Below, piece after piece: positions 57,985-64,000 of a stretch of 64,000 nt of DNA. Position numbers and translations under genes: made by a program. The stretch is from a virus. The DNA lies in the IMG/VR virus record IMGVR_UViG_3300045256_000753, positions 37,638 through 101,637 of that record; one strand, 5' to 3'. The notes beneath the pieces are model-generated. The model was not told where the DNA came from. It was given only the letters and a program-made list of their open reading frames with translations, and ran no database searches. Numbering within the stretch: the stretch's first letter is position 1; every line of letters begins with the position of its first letter.

Positions 57985-58386
57985 TCACTGCTCGGTGACG
58001 CTGAGGGCCGTCGCTGCGAACTGGAGGGTGTCGCCCGTCGAGACCACCTTCGAAACCGCGAGGTTACCGAAGTAGAGGACGTGAGCCGTCCCACCGAGGG
58101 TGAGGTCGTCCATGATCGCCACGGCGACGATCGTGTACGGACCCGCAGCCGCACCGGCGCCGAAGAAGGTCAGCGTGCCGGAGTTCGACGTCGCACCTGC
58201 AACAGGTGCGCTGAACGTCGCGGCGAGACGCGCGTAGTTGGCGTCCACGACCTCCGTGCCGCCCGTCGTGGCGGTCGGTGCAACCGTGAAGAGCGCCGCG
58301 TAAACCGTCGCCGGGGACGAATACGCAACGTTCCGAAGAACGGCGGAGAGAAAGGCGTTTGCGAGGGTCTGAGACTTGGCGGCCAT
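57985..58386 (-). CDS. Small phage virion/fibre subunit, paralog B
   Basis: VLRNVAYSSPATVYAALFT...GGTEV...YAR; clearly paralogous to 56696-57079. Confidence 0.7.
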   Translation of the reverse strand: MAAKSQTLANAFLSAVLRNVAYSSPATVYAALFTVAPTATTGGTEVVDANYARLAATFSAPVAGATSNSGTLTFFGAGAAAGPYTIVAVAIMDDLTLGGTAHVLYFGNLAVSKVVSTGDTLQFAATALSVTEQ

Positions 58387-58460
58387 GGACGTAAATCCTC
58401 CGAATAGGTCAACCCAAACGAACCATAAGAAGATTCGTTCGGAGCCCTACAGCCCGAAGA

Positions 58461-58724
58461 TCAAGCCATGTGGCAGACGGACTTCAGGCTTTTGATGTTG
58501 TGGGCGTAGGGCTGCGCTGGGACCTTCGCCGTGTTGTTGAACCATCCCGTTTTGAGGTCGTCGATGTTGGCGATGGTTGAATCGAAAACGAAGTAGACGC
58601 GGCCGTTCTCACGGTCGGTTCGCTTCATCTCGACGCCTGCCGTTTGGAGGTAGGCAGCGAAGTACAAATCGGGTGTTTTGAACTCGCCGTTTTTGGACGA
58701 ATCCTTCGACGGTCTGGTCATCAT
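58461..58724 (-). CDS. Small conserved phage protein (DUF5659-like)
   Basis: FKTPDLYFAAYL...GRVYFVF motif recalled from this family; not verified by search. Confidence 0.55.
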   Translation of the reverse strand: MMTRPSKDSSKNGEFKTPDLYFAAYLQTAGVEMKRTDRENGRVYFVFDSTIANIDDLKTGWFNNTAKVPAQPYAHNIKSLKSVCHMA

Positions 58725-58820
58725 CTGTGTCCTCATCTGAGCGCCCGGTGGGCGCTTCTACGTCATCCACATTCCGTATCCGCTTCTACATCTAGGCAGC
58801 TCCGAAGAGCTGAAACGACA

Positions 58821-58843
58821 AGGGCTCCCTTTTGGGGAGCCCT
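58821..58843 (-). terminator. Hairpin terminator
   Basis: 9-bp stem AGGGCTCCC/GGGAGCCCT just after the stop at 58850; weak U-tail TGTCGTTT. Confidence 0.65.
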
Positions 58844-58849
58844 CCGTCA

Positions 58850-59962
58850 TCAGGTGACCGTGAACGCGTTCGACGCGAGGCTCGTGTACTGAACCTGCAC
58901 CTTCGAACCGGCGACGCCGAGGCCCGCGAGAAGCGAGGCCGGGATCACGATCGAGGTTGCGCTCACGGAGCCGGTCGTGCCGCCCGAGACCGTCGTGCGG
59001 ATGATCTTCTGCACGAGGTGGACGAACTTCGAGCCGTCCGCGCTGGTCACGTGAACGGACGTGAGATCGTCTTCTGCGTTGGCCAAGCCGGTGCCCGTGA
59101 TGGTGATGTCACCACCGTTCGGCGAGTTGTGCGCCGCGCCCGAGATGTTCGGAACGGGAGCCGTGAAGAGCGTGTTGCCGTCGTCCTGCACGACCGTGAT
59201 TGCCGCGCCCGTGGGGAGTGCCGGCTTGCGCGACGGATCGGGCGTGTAGCTCGCGGAGAGGTAGCCCTTCATCATGCCGACCTCGAACGACTTGATCGCC
59301 ACGTCCGTCTCCACGAACTGCGGGGCGATGGCGTTCGCGATGATCTTGCCCATCGCGGCAGTGACCATCGGGCCGATGTTCGTTTCGAGGGTCGCAAGAC
59401 GAACGTCGAGCGGGCCGCCGACCGGCAGGAACGCCGTGATGAGGGTCGTCGCGGACGGGACCGTGAAGTTCGAGCCGCCTGCGGCAAAGACCGCCGGCGT
59501 GTTGAACGTCGAGCCGTTGCCGGTCGTGTCGATCTCGATGTAGCTGCCCGGCCCGTAGGTCAGGCTGAAGAGATCGATGCGAAGCGGGAACGACGGGCTC
59601 ACCTGAGCGCCCATGCCCACCGGTGCGAGCACCGTGTTCATGGCAGCGACGAGCGAAGCAGCGTTCGTGTACACACCGGTCGGAATCAGGATGACCGTGA
59701 AGGCTCCCGAGTTCTTGAGACGTGCACGGAGCGTCTGATTGCCGCCGTTGATCGTCAGGTTGAAGGTGATGTTGCCCGTGGACTCGATGCTCGCACCCAC
59801 CTTCGCCGCGATGATGGCGTTGGTGACGAGCGTCGGATCCGGACGCGAGACGTAACGCGTCTGTCCGGGCGGATCGACCGGATCATCCATCTGTGAAGTG
59901 GGCTCCAGGTCCGCCATGAAGAGGGGTCCCGGAAGGTCCCCACGAATTACACCGACGCGCAT
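58850..59962 (-). CDS. Putative head decoration/structural protein with C-terminal IPT/Ig-like domain (370 aa)
   Basis: GDITITGTGL...SATSIVIP...SNAFTVT; followed by a terminator. Confidence 0.6.
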   Translation of the reverse strand: MRVGVIRGDLPGPLFMADLEPTSQMDDPVDPPGQTRYVSRPDPTLVTNAIIAAKVGASIESTGNITFNLTINGGNQTLRARLKNSGAFTVILIPTGVYTNAASLVAAMNTVLAPVGMGAQVSPSFPLRIDLFSLTYGPGSYIEIDTTGNGSTFNTPAVFAAGGSNFTVPSATTLITAFLPVGGPLDVRLATLETNIGPMVTAAMGKIIANAIAPQFVETDVAIKSFEVGMMKGYLSASYTPDPSRKPALPTGAAITVVQDDGNTLFTAPVPNISGAAHNSPNGGDITITGTGLANAEDDLTSVHVTSADGSKFVHLVQKIIRTTVSGGTTGSVSATSIVIPASLLAGLGVAGSKVQVQYTSLASNAFTVT

Positions 59963-59966
59963 GGTA

Positions 59967-60356
59967 TCAGACTCCCTTCGTCATCTCGTTGCTACGGTTC
60001 TCGTCGAACGTCCCACGTTGCTGCTCGAATCGAAGGAACCGCAAAATGGTCCCCAAGTCCGTGTAGAAACGCGAGGCTGCCCGCAAGAACCTGAGTTGGT
60101 CAGCCTTCCACTGAAAGTTCGCCTCGCGGAGAGCGAGGCGCATGTCGTTGAGGAGCTTGATGTAGCGGTCCGCTCGGACAAGCGATTGAAGCTCCTCGTG
60201 CGCCGCTGCAACTCGATCGTACCGGCCTTGCATGTCGCGCAGTAGCCGGCGTACCTGTTGGAGCAGGAGCAGTTCGGTCGGCCGCCAGAAGTTCTGAACT
60301 TGCTGGAAGTGCGTCCCTTCCTGCCGAAGAAGTTGGGGGAGGAGCTGGTACTGCAC
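59967..60356 (-). CDS. Hypothetical helical protein (129 aa)
   Basis: Fills the gap between two structural genes in the same orientation. Confidence 0.55.
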   Translation of the reverse strand: MQYQLLPQLLRQEGTHFQQVQNFWRPTELLLLQQVRRLLRDMQGRYDRVAAAHEELQSLVRADRYIKLLNDMRLALREANFQWKADQLRFLRAASRFYTDLGTILRFLRFEQQRGTFDENRSNEMTKGV

Positions 60357-60357
60357 A

Positions 60358-60984
60358 TCAAGTGATGGTGAACTGGTTCGAGTTCTGCTCGTTGGCCTGG
60401 ACCGTCACCTTGTTGAGCGCCACCGGCACCTGGCCGGTGAACATGGCGGCCGGGATGACGATCGACGTTGCCGTGAAGGTTCCGCCGCCCGCCAGGATCT
60501 GCGCCGCCGTGAAGCTTGCCGGGTTCGCTGCCGTGCCGGCGCTGCCCTGAGCGAAGGTCACCGTGCTGACGTCCGGGGCAACCGACAAGAATGTCGTTCC
60601 CGTGATCGTGATGTCACCGGCGCCCGGCGTGTTGTGAACGGCGGCCGTGATGACCGGCGCCACGATCTGAGCGGCCGTGAGCGAGACCACGGTGATGTAG
60701 CCCGCCTGAGCGAGCTTCGCGATCTTGCCCGTGCCAGCCGAGAAGTTGATCCTCTTCGTCTGGTTCAGGTTCACGTAACCAGCGACTGCCGGAAAGCCGT
60801 TCAGCGTGCGGGAGTACGGAACGTAGCAAGCCTGCTTCGGCTTGTTTGCGTACCCGTCTCGCTCGTACGCTTTGGGGTCCGCCGTCGATCCGAGACGGTA
60901 GACTGCCTTGTTGGGCAGACCGTCGTCGATGTCATCGACGAGGATTCCTGCGACAGTGGTCTGGTTGTGGATGAGCCTCAGCAT
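60358..60984 (-). CDS. Putative head decoration protein with C-terminal IPT/Ig-like domain (208 aa)
   Basis: GAGGAG RBS; C-terminus paralogous to 58850-59962. Confidence 0.6.
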   Translation of the reverse strand: MLRLIHNQTTVAGILVDDIDDGLPNKAVYRLGSTADPKAYERDGYANKPKQACYVPYSRTLNGFPAVAGYVNLNQTKRINFSAGTGKIAKLAQAGYITVVSLTAAQIVAPVITAAVHNTPGAGDITITGTTFLSVAPDVSTVTFAQGSAGTAANPASFTAAQILAGGGTFTATSIVIPAAMFTGQVPVALNKVTVQANEQNSNQFTIT

Positions 60985-61063
60985 GGTGCTCCTCGTCCCG
61001 AATTGGGCGTAAAGGTCCTCGTCGGAGATGGAGCATAAAAGGGCTATCGGGCCCGAGGGGTTA

Positions 61064-61699
61064 TCACCTCGGGAATGCGACGGTCATGACGGCCGAAAAG
61101 GCCACCACGGCACCCCCACCACGGACCCAAATCGACGATTGGGTACCTTGTAGGTGTTGCCACTGGGGGAACGTGTCAGCCTTGAGCTGCTGTTCCGGGC
61201 CGTTTTGCTCGGTCGCAACGAAGAGGTTGTTCGTCCCGTCCTCGTTGTGAATGCGAATGTCGCTCATGAGGAAGGGGAAATCGAGCTGCAAGCTGTTCGC
61301 GCTCGATGCCGCATTCGGGGCGTTCCCGTGAATGGTCACCGACCCGACGCCCTTGTTGGCCGAGTCCGGCAGGATGAGCGTGGGGGCGCTCGCGGTGCCC
61401 TCGACGCCGCCTGTCACCGGCACGAATTGCAGCCAAAACGACTGGGTGTCCGTGATGCCGTAGGTCGTGGGGTCGAACACGATGCGAACGTCTTTGCCCG
61501 TGGTCGGCTGGGATTCGATCACCATCGGGTTGATGTTGGAATCGACGAAGCCAACGTTCGTCGAGCTGATGATGGTCGCGAAAGCCCCATCGAAGTTCGC
61601 TGCCCACTTGATGCGGTACAGGTCCACGCCATAGGTGAACGGCGTGTAGAAGTCCACGATGTGGGGTCGGCGACGTGCGATTTTGAATAGCCGGTTCAT
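61064..61699 (-). CDS. Beta-rich hypothetical virion protein (211 aa)
   Basis: Clean ORF with GAGG RBS and an ATGA overlap. Confidence 0.6.
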   Translation of the reverse strand: MNRLFKIARRRPHIVDFYTPFTYGVDLYRIKWAANFDGAFATIISSTNVGFVDSNINPMVIESQPTTGKDVRIVFDPTTYGITDTQSFWLQFVPVTGGVEGTASAPTLILPDSANKGVGSVTIHGNAPNAASSANSLQLDFPFLMSDIRIHNEDGTNNLFVATEQNGPEQQLKADTFPQWQHLQGTQSSIWVRGGGAVVAFSAVMTVAFPR

Positions 61700-62163
61700 G
61701 TGCCCGTTACCTCGGTTTTGACAAGAGGTTCATACGTCTTGGCGCTCTCGGCCGCCGCCTGGGCTGCGGTCGCGGTTCCATGCTCCTGGCGAACCTTCTC
61801 GTAGGTCTGTTCGTATGCCAGCTCTTTGGCGTTTTGCCAGGTGTCCGTGAGTACACCCCCAACATTCGGTTGCAGCCGCGTCCGAGGTGCGTGATCTCGC
61901 TGGCGTTTGTCCATCACCTTGTTGTGACGGGCCCGGTAGGCGTTCTCCTTCGTAGCCTTCGAGATCCAGCCGCCTGACTCCCCATCCTTGAGGACGAAGC
62001 TGACGTTTCCCGGATCAAAGACCACGGACGCCCAGCCGCCGCAGGCCGAACAAGACACCTCGCGCTTGCCCGCTTTCACCTCGTCGTACTCGGCGAAATT
62101 GAGCTTGGTGACACCTTGTTTCTCGCAAACGTTGCAAACGATCGTGTACATCGGCATTTTCAT
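61696..62163 (-). CDS. FmdB-like zinc-ribbon protein, second copy
   Basis: MPMYTIVCNVC...CSACGG...FVLKDG..GGW. Confidence 0.7.
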   Translation of the reverse strand: MKMPMYTIVCNVCEKQGVTKLNFAEYDEVKAGKREVSCSACGGWASVVFDPGNVSFVLKDGESGGWISKATKENAYRARHNKVMDKRQRDHAPRTRLQPNVGGVLTDTWQNAKELAYEQTYEKVRQEHGTATAAQAAAESAKTYEPLVKTEVTGT

Positions 62164-62166
62164 TTC

Positions 62167-63042
62167 TCATTTCTTGGCCGGGATCTCCCAGCCACGTACG
62201 GAAGACAAGACAGCGGCCACGTGTTTGCACACGCGGTTGACTCCTTGGGGGTCACGCACGACGGGATTCGAAGCCGTCCCGCGTGGGCTGCCGTCCAAGT
62301 AGTCCTCGCTCTTTGCGTGGTGCTCCGGTCCGAGCCACTGCCATGCCGGGCACGAGCACGAGACATCCACGTCCATCTTGCCAAGGCGAACGACGTTCTT
62401 CGCACGCGAAGCCTTGAGCTTGACGACTTTCGGCCCGTTACCGCAGTTGACCGAAAAGAGCCAACGAAGGTTCTTGATGTCGGCGCGCTTGAGCGTCACG
62501 CCGCACGATCGAGACCGCTGTTCGAACTTGGGGTTGAGGCCCGTCACGATGTCGTCCGGTCGTGCGCTGAGAAGCACTCGGTTGCCCGGGCGCACGTGAA
62601 GCTCATGAGCCCTATCCACGAGGTAGAGGCCCATGACAAAGGCGGCACGATCACTCGCGTAGTGCTGGTGCGGCAAGCCATCACGATAGGGATAGTCGGT
62701 CACCGTAGGATCTCCCGGGGGCCGGCCGCCAGGCGGTTCGGTCCTCGGTTTGAAATCCTGATGATCGCGCTCGTCCTGCTTTCGATCCCTTTGCGGCTTG
62801 TTGAGATCGTCCGGGCCGTCTTTGCGGTAGATCGATCCCTCGTCCGCTTTGTCGAACTCGCGGATGTCGTCTTCGGGCTTGTTGAACGTCGAACTGCCCG
62901 GGATGTCCGGGTCCAATTGGACGCCCTTGCCTCCGGGTTCCCCCGAAGGCAGGCCCGATTCCGCGACAGGCGTTGACGGCCGCGCCCCGCCATAGGCTGG
63001 GCGTGTGACGAGAGGCTGCGTCAACGCCAAAGCATTTCGCAC
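62167..63042 (-). CDS. SWIM-type zinc-finger protein
   Basis: VSCSCPAW...VCKHVAAVL (CxC...CxH). Confidence 0.7.
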   Translation of the reverse strand: MRNALALTQPLVTRPAYGGARPSTPVAESGLPSGEPGGKGVQLDPDIPGSSTFNKPEDDIREFDKADEGSIYRKDGPDDLNKPQRDRKQDERDHQDFKPRTEPPGGRPPGDPTVTDYPYRDGLPHQHYASDRAAFVMGLYLVDRAHELHVRPGNRVLLSARPDDIVTGLNPKFEQRSRSCGVTLKRADIKNLRWLFSVNCGNGPKVVKLKASRAKNVVRLGKMDVDVSCSCPAWQWLGPEHHAKSEDYLDGSPRGTASNPVVRDPQGVNRVCKHVAAVLSSVRGWEIPAKK

Positions 63043-63052
63043 GTCGTGGACC

Positions 63053-63907
63053 TTACTTGTTCTTGTCCTTGACGACGTTCTTGTGCTTCTCCCACATGTC
63101 CGCCGCCTTCTCCAGCTCCTCTTGCGACATGTCCGGATTGGCTTCCTTGAAGCCCTTCATGACGTCCTCGCGCGAGTTCGCCGTCTGGTAGATCTGCGCG
63201 GCGACCTGAGCAGAGGTCATCGGCATCTGGTCCCCAACGACGCGACGAAGCTGGTTCGCGAGAGCGAATCGGCTCGGGTTCGGGGTGGTCGTGAGAGCCT
63301 GGGCAACCTCACGGAGGTAGCCCGCAACCTTCGCCGGAGCGGCGTTTGCTTCCTTCTTGCCCGTCTCCAAAGCGGCGATGAGCGAGAGGAGCTGAGCCAT
63401 CGGGACCGTGCCGGTCGCCTCCGTTTGCTCGGCGATCTTGAGAAGTCGTTCGGCCGCAGTCTTCGCGTTCATGATCTCGTCCTTTCCGGATTCTTGTTGC
63501 TCGTCGCCCGATCGACGACGAAGCTGACGAATACGCACTTCTTCGAGTGCCTTTTCCAGCTCTTCGATCTTCTCGGGTTTCAGGTTGTTCTCGATCTCTT
63601 CGGCATCGAGCTTGTTCGCCGCGAGGGACGCAGCTTCGAGTGCCTTGCCCAATTTGAAGAGGACGTCGGGGATGCCGTGAATGAGATGCCCAGCGACTTC
63701 GAAGAAGTGGTCCCTGTGTTCGGACTTCTCGATGAGGCTTGTGGCCTCGTCGAGGTACTTCTTCAACTGGGCATGTCGAACGCGTGCGTCCCCTAGCTCT
63801 TCCAGAAGGAAGACGGAGATTCCCGAGGCCGTTTTGGTGGCGGCTGTTTTGGCCGCCACCTCACGACGCATGCAACCATCCACGGGCTTGTCCGCGACTC
63901 CCATCAA
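63053..63907 (-). CDS. Hypothetical helical protein with KTA/KVA motifs
   Basis: Clean ORF; start may instead be ATG 63871. Confidence 0.6.
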   Translation of the reverse strand: MMGVADKPVDGCMRREVAAKTAATKTASGISVFLLEELGDARVRHAQLKKYLDEATSLIEKSEHRDHFFEVAGHLIHGIPDVLFKLGKALEAASLAANKLDAEEIENNLKPEKIEELEKALEEVRIRQLRRRSGDEQQESGKDEIMNAKTAAERLLKIAEQTEATGTVPMAQLLSLIAALETGKKEANAAPAKVAGYLREVAQALTTTPNPSRFALANQLRRVVGDQMPMTSAQVAAQIYQTANSREDVMKGFKEANPDMSQEELEKAADMWEKHKNVVKDKNK

Positions 63908-63950
63908 CGGGAGCCGGAAACAAGAGGACTAGCGCCCACCTGTGGGTGAC

Positions 63951-64000
63951 TCAGGCAGAAAACGCCTGGGGAAACTCCTCGATGAGGAGCGCCTTCATCT
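63951..64000 (-). CDS. C-terminus of a gene entering from the right edge
   Basis: Minus frame ...MKALLIEEFPQAFSA* ends at TGA 63951-63953. Confidence 0.4.
   Translation of the reverse strand, partial: MKALLIEEFPQAFSA

Noticed and set aside
1-64000. Stop-codon reassignment as in some jumbo phages
   Set aside because: Standard-code ORFs tile the minus strand densely, and TGA, TAA and TAG all end genes at sensible junctions.

Overview
The window is a 64 kb, high-GC, almost gap-free block of about 55 genes, all on the minus strand. It reads as the virion-morphogenesis region of a large (jumbo-type) contractile-tailed phage. In transcription order (right to left) it carries head-associated and decoration genes, a head-tail adaptor, neck proteins, Dps-like and actin-like proteins, a putative tail terminator and a 1433-aa tail sheath. 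A ~14.7 kb fibre/glycosylation cassette follows, then the tail tube, two chaperones, tape measure, two tube-initiator paralogs (one fused to a muramidase-like domain), hub, central spike, a 2091-aa baseplate/fibre protein, and gp25-like and baseplate-J-like proteins. No capsid, portal or terminase, tRNA, CRISPR array or integrase was recognised. The most unusual signals are: (1) a box-hairpin-box non-coding leader found twice, 20 kb apart, ahead of the sheath gene and of the chaperone-to-baseplate genes; (2) an MqsA-like antitoxin domain fused to a Ser/Thr repeat protein; (3) 20/21-aa repeat 'tape' proteins next to small beta-rich subunits and a methyltransferase-GT2-TPR enzyme, suggesting glycosylated, template-assembled fibres; (4) an actin-like ATPase and a Dps-like protein inside the neck operon; (5) a recurring 12-bp candidate late-promoter motif. 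All functional calls come from motifs and gene order read by eye; no database search was run.
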